A stretch of DNA of 64,000 bases from Phycisphaeraceae bacterium (GCA_963674705.1 OY771506.1:608001-672000); one strand, 5' to 3'; positions 45,792 through 56,895 are shown, numbered from the stretch's first letter. Program-made: numbers and translations. Notes: generated from the letters alone by a model not told the origin.

Positions 45792-47660
45792 TTGCCAAGG
45801 ATAAGGCCCGGGTTTATCCCTACGGGGTCATTCACGCCCCAAGCACTTGGAGACGGCACCATCAACGCGAAATGCACCCAGACAACTCGCACCGGATCTT
45901 GCCGGAAACTAACCGGCGGGTATCTGCATCGCCTGGTCTGCGTGATTGCGTGCGTGCTGGTCTGCTTAGGCTGTGCGGGAGCGGGCCATGCTGAGGTGGA
46001 CCCGGGCTTCACGCTACCCGAGCCGAACCGCGCGGAACTGTCAAAGCCGATCGCGGATAAGAAACTGGTGATCGCGCATTACATGACCGGGATGATCCCG
46101 ACGCCGGAGGGCGAGACCGGCCATTGGATGTCGCCGGACCTTTACGACCCACAAGGCAGCACCGCGAAACTTGGTGGGATATTCCAGACGCTGCCCGTGC
46201 CGATGCTGTTGTATCCCGATCTGCTTCCGATGAAGAAAGCGGCGTTATTAGAGATGCGGACCGCGAAAACGCTGGGCGTGGACGGGTTCAACTTCTACTA
46301 CCCGTTCGGGCCTGACGATGCGTTCCGCGACCGGTACGACCGATTTATCCTCAGCTTCTTTGAAGCGGCGAAGGAGAACAATCTCGACTTCAAACTCACG
46401 CTCTGCATCTCGCCGATCGGCGGTAGCGATATGACCACCGAGCAGAAGGCTCGCACGCTGGGTGAACACTTGCGTGGATTACTGGAAAAGACCGGCAACA
46501 GTGATAACTGGCTGCGTACGCCGGATGGCAAGCTGCTGATCTATACCTGGCTTGCCGATGCGATCGTCAATGAAGACCTCGATGGCAAGCAGTGGGAGAT
46601 CTACCAAAACCAGCATCTATTACAGAAGGCGGCGGCGGTGTTCGACAAGATCGCAGAACATGCGGGAACCGAAGCGGTGTTCCTCTACCATCTCGATCAG
46701 CCGAACGATCCGAAGTTCGTTGAGAAAGTGCTGGATTACTTCCCGGCAGTGTACGGCTGGTGCGGCGTCGGTGAAGATTTGAAAGTCTGGCGGCGTGTGG
46801 CCGAGCAATGCAAAGCACGCGGCCGCACGTACATCCAGGAAGTGCATCCGGCGTTCTATGGCTCGAAGGTCCACCCGGTCGATAGCTGGGCGATGATTTT
46901 CGACCACCAACGCGCGGTCGAGATGGGTGTGGATCAGCTTGAGCGACACATCCAGATCACGGGCTTAACGCAGACGTTCTGCGATAAATTACAGATGGCG
47001 ATCGATCTGGATTCGCCTTTGATCAACCTGACGACATGGAACGACTATCCGGAGGGCCATCACCTGGCACCGGAGATCAATCACAACTTCGGTTTCGCGC
47101 TGCTGCTGAAGCATTACCTTGAAGCGTGGCGTGGTAGCAATGAAGCACTGCCAGGCGATACGGTAATCGTGTTCTTCAAGAAGTACCGGGCCGATGTGAA
47201 GCCCGATCCTTATGGCATCAAGGTGCGTGTGATGCGTGCGATCGGCGAACCCGAGGTCGAAGACGGGATTGAAGTGATCACGCTGCTGAGTGAGCCGGGC
47301 AAGTTATATGTCAACGATCACGAGCCGTGCGATGTGTCTGCGGGCATGACGATAACGCGCTACGGGATGGAGCTAGGCGCGGTGACGGCTGTCGTGAAAC
47401 GCAACGGCCAAGCGGTTGCTTCACTGACGACGCCCGAGTGGATCACCGAGCATCCGTTCCGTACCGATCGACTGACGTACAGCTTTTCAAGCGCGTTCAC
47501 ACACTACTACGAATTGATTTACGGCAAAGATGCACCGAAGCACACCTCGATGCAGTACGCGGAGGACGAACAGGGTCGTCCGCGGTGGCAAAGCGGCGTG
47601 CAGACCGAGTATCACCTTGCCGTTACGGGTAAACGCCCAAATGAGTTGTTGGAGAATTGA
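45792..47660 (+). CDS. GH71/GH99-like secreted glycoside hydrolase
   Basis: VIAHYM, AKTLGVDGF and TWNDYPEGHHLAP; true start probably downstream of 45792. Confidence 0.72.
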   Translation: MPRIRPGFIPTGSFTPQALGDGTINAKCTQTTRTGSCRKLTGGYLHRLVCVIACVLVCLGCAGAGHAEVDPGFTLPEPNRAELSKPIADKKLVIAHYMTGMIPTPEGETGHWMSPDLYDPQGSTAKLGGIFQTLPVPMLLYPDLLPMKKAALLEMRTAKTLGVDGFNFYYPFGPDDAFRDRYDRFILSFFEAAKENNLDFKLTLCISPIGGSDMTTEQKARTLGEHLRGLLEKTGNSDNWLRTPDGKLLIYTWLADAIVNEDLDGKQWEIYQNQHLLQKAAAVFDKIAEHAGTEAVFLYHLDQPNDPKFVEKVLDYFPAVYGWCGVGEDLKVWRRVAEQCKARGRTYIQEVHPAFYGSKVHPVDSWAMIFDHQRAVEMGVDQLERHIQITGLTQTFCDKLQMAIDLDSPLINLTTWNDYPEGHHLAPEINHNFGFALLLKHYLEAWRGSNEALPGDTVIVFFKKYRADVKPDPYGIKVRVMRAIGEPEVEDGIEVITLLSEPGKLYVNDHEPCDVSAGMTITRYGMELGAVTAVVKRNGQAVASLTTPEWITEHPFRTDRLTYSFSSAFTHYYELIYGKDAPKHTSMQYAEDEQGRPRWQSGVQTEYHLAVTGKRPNELLEN

Positions 47661-47663
47661 AGT

Positions 47664-50000
47664 ATGAAGTCCGCCATAAATAATCAGCCGTGGTACACGC
47701 AGGGAGACCCGTGGGTCCTGACGCAGGACGGCTGGAACCCTGACCGTAATATCTATTTTGAGACGATCTTTACGCAGTCCAACGGCTACATAGGGATCCG
47801 CGGTTATACCGAGGAAAGCAACACGGTTGCCGACACGGTGCGAGAGGGTTATCTGGCGGGTGTGTTCGGGCACACGGATCAGGCGGCGTTGAAACTGACG
47901 CGTGTCAAATACAAGTGGCCCATGCAGGCGATGATCACGTTGCCCGAATTGTTTGCTTGCCGGGTCAAGCTTGACGGCGAAGTACTGGACTTATCGAAAG
48001 GTGACATTGTTTCGTTTACGCGCTCGTTGAATATGCGCAATGGCGAACTGGTGCGAGAGCTGATCTGGAACAGCCCGAAGGGTAAGTGCACGCAACTGCG
48101 TTTCGAGCGATTCCTGTCGATGGCGACACCGCACCTTGCGATGCAGCGCATCCGTATCACGCCACAGAACTGGTCGGGCAACGCGAGCCTCAAGTTTGAA
48201 CTGGATGGTGGTATCACGACCTACTTCCGCTGCGGCGATCGCGAACTGCCACATGTCCCGCAGGACCTGCTGACACAGCAACGCATCGAATGTGATAACG
48301 AACGGTGTGCCACACTCATATTCAAGACGCGCGGCAGCGATCACCTGGTCGCGATCACTTCACGGGTTGATGCGGATACATACTCAACCATCGCACAAAG
48401 CGCGAATGTGCTGCGTCAGAAGGCGAAGCTCGAACTGCATGAAGGCCAAGCCGAAATCGTAACACATACATTGGCCGTGGTCAGCTCAAGAGACGACATC
48501 GAACGAGCGAGTGTGCCCACAAAGTCGAAACAGGTCGTATCCGACGCGGCGGAGGCAGGCTACGACAAAGCCCTGCACGATTCGCAGCGCGTCTGGCAGA
48601 AGCTCTGGAAAGTCAGCGATGTACAGATAGAAGGACCGACGCAGGACCAGGCGTATCTGCGGTTCAGCACGTTCAGCATGCTGCAGATGGCGCCGCTGCA
48701 TACCGACAACATGAGCGTGCCTGCGCGTGCGTACTCTTACAACCGATATCACGGCCTGTACTACTGGGACAGTGAAACCTTCCTGCTGCCGCAGTATCTG
48801 CACACGTGCCCGAAACTCGCACGCAACCTGCTCGTCTTCCGCCATCGCACGCTCGAAGGTGCAAAGCGTACAGCCGCGTATCTTGATTCACCCGGCGCAT
48901 GTTTCCCGTGGATGACCGATTCGGATACGGGCACAGAGCAAGGCCCGTGGCACATCGGCGATTACCTCTGGCATCAGAACGCAGACATCGCCTACGCGAT
49001 CGATCAATACGTCCGCACGACGGGTGACAGCGCGTTCATGTGTGACTACGGCCTGGAGATGATCCTCGAATCCGCACGCTTCTGGATGTCGCGTCTGGAA
49101 GTCGATGATGAAGGTGCCTACCACCTGCACAACACCGTCGGCCCGGACGAGATTGAGAAGCACGGCAAGGACAACGGCTTCGGCAGCTACATGTGTCGAC
49201 GTCACCTGCGCCTCGCGGCCAAGTGGATCGACGAGATGCGCAGACAATATCCAAGGCAGACCGAAGACCTGCTGCAGCGGCTGGAAGTTCGACCGACAGA
49301 GGTTGCCAACTGGACCGAAGCGGCCGACAGGATGTGCGCCCCGATGATCCCGGGCACGCAGGTCCCGCTTCAGGATGAGTTCCTGCTGGATAAAAAACCG
49401 CTCGACTTCTCAAAGATGTCCACCAACGAAGCATACGAATTGCGGCACACACATCGTGTGGTGAAGCAATCCGATATCGTGATGTTGATGTATCTGCTTC
49501 AAGATGAATTCACGCTGGAGCAGAAGCGCGATGCGTACGACTTCTACGAACCGATTACGGTTCACTTCTCGTCATTGAGTTACAACACGCATTCGATCGT
49601 CGCGACGATGCTTGGGCGAAAGAAGCAGGCGTACGACTACTTCATGAAGGCGGCTGGGCTGGACCTCGACGATCTGAAAGATGCAACCGAAGATGGCCTG
49701 CACGCAGCAGCGCTCGGCGGGACGTGGCAGACGGTGATGTACGGCTTCCTCGGTATGAAGCTGGCGGACGAAGGCCTGTCGCTTGAACCGCGCCTGCCGG
49801 ATGAATGGAAGTCGATCAGGCTCCGGCTGGTGTTCCGTGGTTACACGCTTCGGCTTGATGTGTCGCACGATCGTCACACGATCGAAGTGGAATCGCGCGA
49901 AGGCGAGGCTCAGGGCACCCTGACGCTCAACGGCGAACAACACGAACTGACTGAGGGTTTACGTATCACGACCGCACCCGGCGGCGTGGCGATCCCATAG
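47664..50000 (+). CDS. GH65 alpha-glucoside phosphorylase/hydrolase
   Basis: SNGYIGIRG, YYWDSE, GPDE, KQSD, HFSSLS and GLHAAALGGTW. Confidence 0.92.
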   Translation: MKSAINNQPWYTQGDPWVLTQDGWNPDRNIYFETIFTQSNGYIGIRGYTEESNTVADTVREGYLAGVFGHTDQAALKLTRVKYKWPMQAMITLPELFACRVKLDGEVLDLSKGDIVSFTRSLNMRNGELVRELIWNSPKGKCTQLRFERFLSMATPHLAMQRIRITPQNWSGNASLKFELDGGITTYFRCGDRELPHVPQDLLTQQRIECDNERCATLIFKTRGSDHLVAITSRVDADTYSTIAQSANVLRQKAKLELHEGQAEIVTHTLAVVSSRDDIERASVPTKSKQVVSDAAEAGYDKALHDSQRVWQKLWKVSDVQIEGPTQDQAYLRFSTFSMLQMAPLHTDNMSVPARAYSYNRYHGLYYWDSETFLLPQYLHTCPKLARNLLVFRHRTLEGAKRTAAYLDSPGACFPWMTDSDTGTEQGPWHIGDYLWHQNADIAYAIDQYVRTTGDSAFMCDYGLEMILESARFWMSRLEVDDEGAYHLHNTVGPDEIEKHGKDNGFGSYMCRRHLRLAAKWIDEMRRQYPRQTEDLLQRLEVRPTEVANWTEAADRMCAPMIPGTQVPLQDEFLLDKKPLDFSKMSTNEAYELRHTHRVVKQSDIVMLMYLLQDEFTLEQKRDAYDFYEPITVHFSSLSYNTHSIVATMLGRKKQAYDYFMKAAGLDLDDLKDATEDGLHAAALGGTWQTVMYGFLGMKLADEGLSLEPRLPDEWKSIRLRLVFRGYTLRLDVSHDRHTIEVESREGEAQGTLTLNGEQHELTEGLRITTAPGGVAIP

Positions 50001-50024
50001 TCCAATAGCTGGAAGGAACAATCT

Positions 50025-50693
50025 GTGTCTGCCGTACAAGCCGTGATCTTCGATCTCGACGGGGTTATCGTTTCGACCGACGAGTACCATTACCAAGCCT
50101 GGAAACAGCTTGCTGATGAGGAAGGTATCCCATTCGACCGCAAGGACAACGAGCGTCTGCGCGGCGTCAGCCGGATGGAATCGTTGGCGATCATTCTCGA
50201 AAAAGCGGCGCGTGAATACAGCGACAAACAAAAGCTTGAATTGGCGGAGCGGAAGAACGGCTACTATCGGCAATTGCTTACCAAGCTGACACCCGCCGAT
50301 ATCCTGCCGGGCGTGATGCGTGTATTGGATGAATTGCGTACTCGCAATATCCGCATGGCGATCGGTTCGTCCAGTAAAAACGCGCAGCCCATCCTCAAAG
50401 CGATCGGGTTGGATAATGCGTTTGATGTGATCGTCGACGGCACACACATCAAGCGATCCAAACCCGATCCGGAAGTGTTCTCGCTGGGCGCTCAGCGCAT
50501 GGGTATCGAGCCACAGCATTGTCTAGTTGTGGAAGATGCCGATGCCGGCGTTGATGCGGCGATTGCAGCGGACATGTTCGTACTCGCGGTCGGGTCGGCA
50601 CAGTCGCATCCCGGCGCAACGATCGCAGCGCAGGACCTTGAAGCGATTAGCGTGGACCAAATGCTTAACGTTGAAGCCTTGTCAGCCAAGTGA
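50025..50693 (+). CDS. pgmB: Beta-phosphoglucomutase
   Basis: FDLDGVI..T..YHYQAW, LRGVSRMESL, SSSKNA and SKPDPEVF. Confidence 0.92.
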   Translation: MSAVQAVIFDLDGVIVSTDEYHYQAWKQLADEEGIPFDRKDNERLRGVSRMESLAIILEKAAREYSDKQKLELAERKNGYYRQLLTKLTPADILPGVMRVLDELRTRNIRMAIGSSSKNAQPILKAIGLDNAFDVIVDGTHIKRSKPDPEVFSLGAQRMGIEPQHCLVVEDADAGVDAAIAADMFVLAVGSAQSHPGATIAAQDLEAISVDQMLNVEALSAK

Positions 50694-50713
50694 TTACGTG
50701 CAAGTCGAACACG

Positions 50714-51916
50714 TTAATGGCTACCGTTGTTCGTTCCGAAGACACGGTCCCAGCGTTTGAGGTTCCACTGTACCTTTTCGGCAGGCGTCATGGATTCAAA
50801 GTCCGGCTCGCTATTACTCGATGCACTTCTCGCTGATGCGACAGCGGCAGGTTTAACGCTCTGCGGCTTCGGCGCTGGCTTACCCGCCCCACCGCTGTAG
50901 TTGGCTTCACGTAATGTTGAGCCCAGGTCTTCTTCAAGCGAGCGATAAGGTTTGATGCCAAGCCCCTGAAGTGCGCCGTGGTAGGACTTCACTGCTTCGG
51001 CGGGCTCGAGCTGGCCATCGGCAATAGCGCGCAGGTGTTTGATGAACGTGAGCTGGTGTTCGCTCTGATTAATCATTCGGCCATACAGCGCGACACGTGC
51101 GCCGTATTTGCGAGCTTCCCAGAGCTGGAAGAATGCATCAAAGGTCGTGCCCGCCGATCCACCGAGGATGCCAACGACGAGTTTACTGTCGAAGGATGAC
51201 AGTTCATCCATTGCACGTGCGCCCATATAAGGGATCTTCAAGAAGAGTGGCCGTTGCTTGCCGGCTATCCCCGCGAGGGTTCGTACGATCATGTCGTTTA
51301 GGTATCGGCCAAGGTCCGGGATCGGTTTGCTTGGCGCGTTGGGCGCGAATACTTCCAGGAAGTGACGGAAACTCTTGGCTTCGGCTTCCTGTCGGAACTT
51401 GCCATAAGCTTCAAGCGTGCGCGTATCCGCATCGACCTCGTTGTTGAAGGTGACGGAATACAAGCCGAGGTCTGCACCGACGACCGGCTCATCCGGATCG
51501 CACACCGACTTGCCGCACATCGCAAAATCCAGCGCCGCGGTACGGAACGGGACGGACTTTTCTTCGGAGTACTTACCGGTTCCGGCAAGCCAGATATCAG
51601 TTGTGTCGTTGGCGCGGATGGCTGGCGTGACGTGGCTGTTAGCGAACAAACCCTCCTGGATCGCAAGCACCTCGTTTGTGCTGGCACTCATGAGCATGAT
51701 GTCGACAAGGCCTTGCCTCGTGTTCTCGCGGATGATCTTGCGGTACTCATCCAGGCTGCGGAACTTCGCTTCGGATGCGTGATGTTCCGGGCTCTTGCCG
51801 GGTGCGGAGATCCCAAACGCCATATCCGCATCCTTGGCGTCGGCGATAATGAACACTTCGGCTGAAGGGTTCTCAGCCAGTTGACGCAGTTTGGTATCAA
51901 GTGATTTGGTGGACAT
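50714..51916 (-). CDS. Hypothetical protein, possibly class I aldolase-like TIM barrel
   Basis: HFLEVF, FLKIPY, VGILGG and ALYGR strand/loop pattern; last gene of the BMC-associated minus-strand unit. Confidence 0.55.
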   Translation of the reverse strand: MSTKSLDTKLRQLAENPSAEVFIIADAKDADMAFGISAPGKSPEHHASEAKFRSLDEYRKIIRENTRQGLVDIMLMSASTNEVLAIQEGLFANSHVTPAIRANDTTDIWLAGTGKYSEEKSVPFRTAALDFAMCGKSVCDPDEPVVGADLGLYSVTFNNEVDADTRTLEAYGKFRQEAEAKSFRHFLEVFAPNAPSKPIPDLGRYLNDMIVRTLAGIAGKQRPLFLKIPYMGARAMDELSSFDSKLVVGILGGSAGTTFDAFFQLWEARKYGARVALYGRMINQSEHQLTFIKHLRAIADGQLEPAEAVKSYHGALQGLGIKPYRSLEEDLGSTLREANYSGGAGKPAPKPQSVKPAAVASARSASSNSEPDFESMTPAEKVQWNLKRWDRVFGTNNGSH

Positions 51917-51980
51917 TGTTTGATGCCTGGTGGCTAGTGTCTTGTGGCTGGATAAAAAAGCTAACGGCTAATGGCCTGCC

Positions 51981-52559
51981 TCACAAATACTCGGCCATCA
52001 ATTCCCTGCATGGCCTGGGGATTGTCAAAGCACTGACGAGTAATCCTTTGTTTACGACAACTTCCTTGCCCGCTTCGACCGCTGCATTACACGATGCAAC
52101 CGAACCGGCCATGAGCAGGAATGCCTTACCGCCGAGTGCCATCGCCATGTGGATGCGGAAGAGCGTGATGTCCGCCGCTTTCGCCGCGGCGTCGGCTGCT
52201 TCGAGGATGACGGAAGCTGAGTACGACTCGATGATGCCAAGCGCATCCGGTGTCGCGTGATCGGCGGCGCTACTGGTTAGCTGCACCGACTGACCGAGTG
52301 CGGGGAAGACAGAATCATGCACGCGGGGCACAATCACGTGATCGATCACGCCGTCCGGCGCAGCTTTGAGCCCCGCTTCAACAGAAGCTTGCACAGACGC
52401 GACATCGCCGCCGACAAGGTTGATGTATTTGCCGGAGCAGATGGTTCGGCCGAGGATCAACTGCACGTCCGCAGCCTTGAGCATGGTGTCCTGCACCAGG
52501 TACCCGATGCCGACGCTTGTCAGTTCGATCATGCCGATCGCACGATGTTTCATAGCCAA
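51981..52559 (-). CDS. BMC-T tandem shell protein (PduT-like)
   Basis: Two BMC domains; TICSGKY with the PduT-type Fe-S cysteine. Confidence 0.88.
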   Translation of the reverse strand: MAMKHRAIGMIELTSVGIGYLVQDTMLKAADVQLILGRTICSGKYINLVGGDVASVQASVEAGLKAAPDGVIDHVIVPRVHDSVFPALGQSVQLTSSAADHATPDALGIIESYSASVILEAADAAAKAADITLFRIHMAMALGGKAFLLMAGSVASCNAAVEAGKEVVVNKGLLVSALTIPRPCRELMAEYL

Positions 52560-52587
52560 CTCCTCCCGGCCGACCCGGGATGCTTAA

Positions 52588-53895
52588 TCACGCCTCGATC
52601 ACAACCATGCCGTTCACGTTCGTCACACGCCCCGCTATGGATGCGTGGATCGGTACACCCAGCTTACCTGCCGGGGGTTTACCAATGACATCACCTTCGT
52701 TCACCGTATCGCCGACATTCACCGTCGGTTCCGCTGGGGTGCCGATGTGCATGCTCAGCGGGATCGATACCTTCGCAGGCGCATCGCCCGGCTCGATCAA
52801 CGGCCCGACGTTCTTAAAATCACTCAATCCAAGCTTGCGGATCAATCTGCCGATCGGTACGCGACGGTTATTCAGATGCACACTCGGCCTAGTCTCGACG
52901 TGCGGCGGGTTCTGCCACTTCACGCCTTCCGATGCCCGTCGACGCTTGTTCTGCGTGCAGATGTTTTTCGGATCGAGGTCTTCCGGGCAGGCGATCATCG
53001 TGCAGAGGTTGCACTCGCAGCAGAAGTCCGTGCCGATGACATTGGCTTCGCCCATCTCGTTAAAGCAGAGCGAACGCATCGCTTTGTGCGGTTCGATCGG
53101 ATGACCGAGCAGGTATCGTGGGCAGAACTCCGTACAGAAAGAACACTGATCGCAAGCGCTTGCACCGATGCGCGATATCTGCTGCCAGCTTGCGTCGTAT
53201 CTTCGATAGAGGTGATGGTCTTTGGGCAGGACGATCAGACCACCGGTCGTGCGTGTGACAACCTGGCTGAAGTCGGTGCAGAGTTTGCCCATCATCACGC
53301 CGCCGACCAGGCCGAACGGATCATCGCAGGTCGCGCCGCCAGCCAGTTCGATACAGTCAGCCAAAGTGCAGCCGATCGGCACATCAACCGTCACCGGATT
53401 CGCCACCGCGCCGGCGACGGTCAAGAACTTTCGTGTGACGGGCCGTTGCCTTGCGACGTTCATCGCAGTCTCGACGTTCATCACCACGCAGCCGACGGAG
53501 AGCGGGATGTTGCCCGGCGCGATGATGCGCTGTGTGCAATCGTAAACAAGTATGAATTCGTCGCCGCTTGGGTAGCTGTCGCTGAGTTTCTGGATCGTGG
53601 TCTGCGTGTTGAGCATCGGCGCGAGCAGATCGATCACATCTTCGTACTTGCCCTTGATGCCGACGATCGCGCGCTCGGCCCCGACCAACTGCCTGGCAGC
53701 CTCAAGCCCGTCGAGTATTTCCCGGCCGAAGTGGCGCAGCAGTTCCTTGTCTTTATGTAGTAGCGGTTCGCACTCGGCGGCGTTGAGCAGGATGGTGTCC
53801 GCGTTGCCCTTGAGCTTGACGTGGGTTGGAAAGCCCGCGCCCCCTGCCCCGACGACGCCACACGCTTCAATCTGCTCTACCGTGATACCTGCCAT
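52588..53895 (-). CDS. PduS/RnfC-like Fe-S flavoprotein
   Basis: GVVGAGGAGFPTHVK, NAAECEPLL and two CxxCxxCxxxCP clusters. Confidence 0.88.
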   Translation of the reverse strand: MAGITVEQIEACGVVGAGGAGFPTHVKLKGNADTILLNAAECEPLLHKDKELLRHFGREILDGLEAARQLVGAERAIVGIKGKYEDVIDLLAPMLNTQTTIQKLSDSYPSGDEFILVYDCTQRIIAPGNIPLSVGCVVMNVETAMNVARQRPVTRKFLTVAGAVANPVTVDVPIGCTLADCIELAGGATCDDPFGLVGGVMMGKLCTDFSQVVTRTTGGLIVLPKDHHLYRRYDASWQQISRIGASACDQCSFCTEFCPRYLLGHPIEPHKAMRSLCFNEMGEANVIGTDFCCECNLCTMIACPEDLDPKNICTQNKRRRASEGVKWQNPPHVETRPSVHLNNRRVPIGRLIRKLGLSDFKNVGPLIEPGDAPAKVSIPLSMHIGTPAEPTVNVGDTVNEGDVIGKPPAGKLGVPIHASIAGRVTNVNGMVVIEA

Positions 53896-54126
53896 AAGGT
53901 TCCACCTTCAAGCTAGCCCCCGGCAGCCCGAATCGGGCCCAATATATTGTGTAAAACTCTTATTTAAAAGTATTTACATAAATAATAGTGACTCTGAGCA
54001 CAAAATCCACCCAGTATCTAACGATCATACGGATGGATTTATACGATAACATACGAAAGCTTATGATGCAATTTGACATTTATCTATCAGTATGATTCAA
54101 TATCTTCCGTGGAGGACCCCGCCTAA

Positions 54127-54822
54127 ATGACCACTACAGCCCAATCCAGACTGGAACGCTCGCAGGTCGAACAGCTTGTCCGCGAGGTGCTGCGCGACCG
54201 CTGGACCGAGATCGCCCCCACCTACCGCCAGCCGGCGCCGCACAATGGCCCGAACCCGCTAGTGGTCAATGTTTCCGCCCGCCACGTCCACGTGTCGCAG
54301 GAGGCGCTCGAAGTACTCTTCGGCCCAGGCTCAAAACTCACCAAGATGAAAGACCTCTACCAGGACGGCGAGTTCGCTTCCGAGCAGACGGTCAACCTCA
54401 TCGGGCCACGCAACCGCATGATCCCCAACGTGCGGATCCTCGGGCCCACACGTGACTACACGCAGGTTGAACTCAGCTACACCGATGGTGTCTACCTCGG
54501 CCTCGACCTGCCGCTGCGCATCAGCGGCAACCACGAAGGCACGATCGGCGGCGTCCTCGTCGGGCCACACGGCGCACTGAATATCGACAAGGGCATCATC
54601 CGCGCAGAACGCCACGTCCACATGAGCCCGGCCGATGCGGCGCACTACGGCGTCCAGGACGGCCAATACATGAAACTCAAACTCGACGGGCCCTGTGGCG
54701 TTACCTTCGACCGCATGCGCGTCCGCGTACATCCGAAAGTCAAACTCGAAGTACACATTGATACCGACGAGGGCAACGCTTGCCACCTTTCGTCGGTTAC
54801 CCACATGGAACTTATTAAATAA
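54127..54822 (+). CDS. pduL: Phosphate acyltransferase PduL
   Basis: VSARHVH, RILGP.R..TQVE, RHVHM and HIDTDEGNA. Confidence 0.93.
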   Translation: MTTTAQSRLERSQVEQLVREVLRDRWTEIAPTYRQPAPHNGPNPLVVNVSARHVHVSQEALEVLFGPGSKLTKMKDLYQDGEFASEQTVNLIGPRNRMIPNVRILGPTRDYTQVELSYTDGVYLGLDLPLRISGNHEGTIGGVLVGPHGALNIDKGIIRAERHVHMSPADAAHYGVQDGQYMKLKLDGPCGVTFDRMRVRVHPKVKLEVHIDTDEGNACHLSSVTHMELIK

Positions 54823-54880
54823 CCCTCGCAAGTAAAACCCGCCCATTGAACAGGGCGCCTGCAAACCAGGAGTAATCAAG

Positions 54881-55183
54881 ATGGCACAGAGTGCATTAGG
54901 ACTGGTCGAGACCAAGGGTCTGGCCGCGCTGATCGAAGCGTCGGATGCGATGCTTAAGGCGGCCAATGTCGAGATGATCGGCTGGGATAAGGCCGGCTCG
55001 GGGCTGGTCACCAGCTTCGTTACCGGTGATGTCGCAGCGGTCAAAGCCGCTGTGGATGCCGGTGCAAGCGCCGCGTCGCGCGTCGGTGAAGTGGTTGGCG
55101 TACACGTCATCCCCCGTCCGCACGACGAGATCGATGCGTTGTACCCTGAATCCGCAAAATCCCGCAAAACCAAGGCAAAATAA
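54881..55183 (+). CDS. BMC-H shell protein
   Basis: [39 protein letters not shown]. Confidence 0.95.
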   Translation: MAQSALGLVETKGLAALIEASDAMLKAANVEMIGWDKAGSGLVTSFVTGDVAAVKAAVDAGASAASRVGEVVGVHVIPRPHDEIDALYPESAKSRKTKAK

Positions 55184-55269
55184 GCCGTTTTCGGCTTAGC
55201 GCTCTTGCCTTACCCAAACTTTAACCCGTGTCGGGCCAAGCCAAACCCGCACGCGAAGGAGCAAATATT

Positions 55270-55530
55270 ATGGCAGCGATTGGTATCCTCGAAACACGCG
55301 GCGAAACGGGCCTGATCCAAGGCACCGACGCCATGCTCAAGGCAGCGGATGTTGAACTTAAGAAGTCGATCGGTATTGGTGGCGGGTATGTCACCGTCGT
55401 GGTCACTGGCGATGTCGGTTCGGTCAAGGCGGCCGTCGACGCCGGCGCGGAAGCCGCGGGCAGCATCGGCGAGCTCGTCGCCGCCCACGTCATCGCACGC
55501 CCACACGACCAGTTACTCGACTGCTTCTAA
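55270..55530 (+). CDS. BMC-H shell protein
   Basis: AIGILETRG..DAMLKAA..VIARPH. Confidence 0.93.
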   Translation: MAAIGILETRGETGLIQGTDAMLKAADVELKKSIGIGGGYVTVVVTGDVGSVKAAVDAGAEAAGSIGELVAAHVIARPHDQLLDCF

Positions 55531-55638
55531 ACCAAGAGTTTGATGGCCTACCTCCCTCTCCCCCCGGGAGAGGGCCGGGGTGAGGGCCGAATACCTTGCG
55601 TAACGAAATAGCACCCCCGACTCACAATAGCACCGCCC

Positions 55639-56829
55639 ATGATCGTCCTCATCGCCAACCTGGGTTCTACGAGCTTCAAATGCAAGCTCTACGATTGCCA
55701 AGATAGCGACGGCAAAAAATCGTTCGACGCGATCGCCACCGCCGCGATCGACCGGATCGGCCTGGGTAATAGTGCGTGGATTATCAAGCACGGTGACAAG
55801 AAGCTTGAGGGCGTTGCTGATCTTGACGGTCACGAGCAGGCGATCGCGCTGGTGCTCAAGCAGTTTGACGAAGTCGGTGCGACGCAGGGCGAAAAGGTCG
55901 GTGCGGTCGGATTCAAGGCTGTACACGGCGGGCCGATCAGCGGCGCGGTGCGAGTCGACGACACAGTGTTGGCAGCGATGAAGGAGTTTTCCGATGTCGC
56001 GCCGGCACACAACCCACCATACATGGCCGCGATGAAGGCGATGGAAAGGGTTTTGCCGGGCGTGCCGCAAGTCGCCGCGTTCGAGACCGCGTTCCACAGC
56101 ACAATTCCGCTGGCTCGACAGGTCTACGGCACACCCTACGAATGGGTCAAGAAAGGCATCCGTCGCTACGGCTTCCACGGCGCATCCAACCGCTACCTTG
56201 CTCAGCGCATGGCTCAACTCGCGCCCGAAGCAAAGAAACTGATCACGCTGCACCTGGGCGGATCGGTTTCCGTCAGTGCGATCAACGATGGGAAAAGTGC
56301 CGCGACTTCGATGGGCATGACGCCTCAGGCGGGCCCGTTCCATGCAAGCCGGGTCGGCGACTTCGACACGTTCGCCATGCTCAAGCTGCAGGCCATGGGC
56401 AAGACCGTGGACGAGATCTTTAACGACCTTGGCAAAAAAGGCGGGATGCTGGGCCTGTCCGGCGTGTCCAGCGATACGCGTGAAGTAAAAGAAGCGGCGG
56501 ACAACGGCAACAAGCAGGCACAACTTGCGCTCGATGCGTTCGTCGAAGCATGCAGGCATTACCTCGGCGCGTATGCCGTCGTGCTCGGTGGTGTTGATGC
56601 GGTCGTATTCAGTGCAGGCATCGGGCAGAACGCGACCTGGCTTCGCGAAGCGATCTGCAAAGACCTTGAATTCCTCGGCATTGAACTCGACCCGGTTAAG
56701 AATAACAGCACAATCGGCAACACCGAAACCACCATCAGCTCGGGCAACAGCAAGACGCAGGTCTGGGTCGTGCCGACGGATGAAGAGGTCGTTGTCGCAC
56801 AGCAGACCGTAGAAGTACTGGAAGCATAA
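55639..56829 (+). CDS. Acetate/propionate family kinase
   Basis: NLGSTSFK, APAHNP, FETAFH, RRYGFHGAS and VPTDEE. Confidence 0.93.
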   Translation: MIVLIANLGSTSFKCKLYDCQDSDGKKSFDAIATAAIDRIGLGNSAWIIKHGDKKLEGVADLDGHEQAIALVLKQFDEVGATQGEKVGAVGFKAVHGGPISGAVRVDDTVLAAMKEFSDVAPAHNPPYMAAMKAMERVLPGVPQVAAFETAFHSTIPLARQVYGTPYEWVKKGIRRYGFHGASNRYLAQRMAQLAPEAKKLITLHLGGSVSVSAINDGKSAATSMGMTPQAGPFHASRVGDFDTFAMLKLQAMGKTVDEIFNDLGKKGGMLGLSGVSSDTREVKEAADNGNKQAQLALDAFVEACRHYLGAYAVVLGGVDAVVFSAGIGQNATWLREAICKDLEFLGIELDPVKNNSTIGNTETTISSGNSKTQVWVVPTDEEVVVAQQTVEVLEA

Positions 56830-56895
56830 ACGCGGGATAGAACAACCGCGAAAACGAAAACAACCCACCCATAGGGAACTATCAAGGAGTTAGTC

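Noticed and set aside
53896..54126. Specific promoter and DeoR operator calls in the BMC divergent region
   Set aside because: TTGACA and ATACGA-like repeats are present, but I found no -10 at proper spacing and could not define a confident site.
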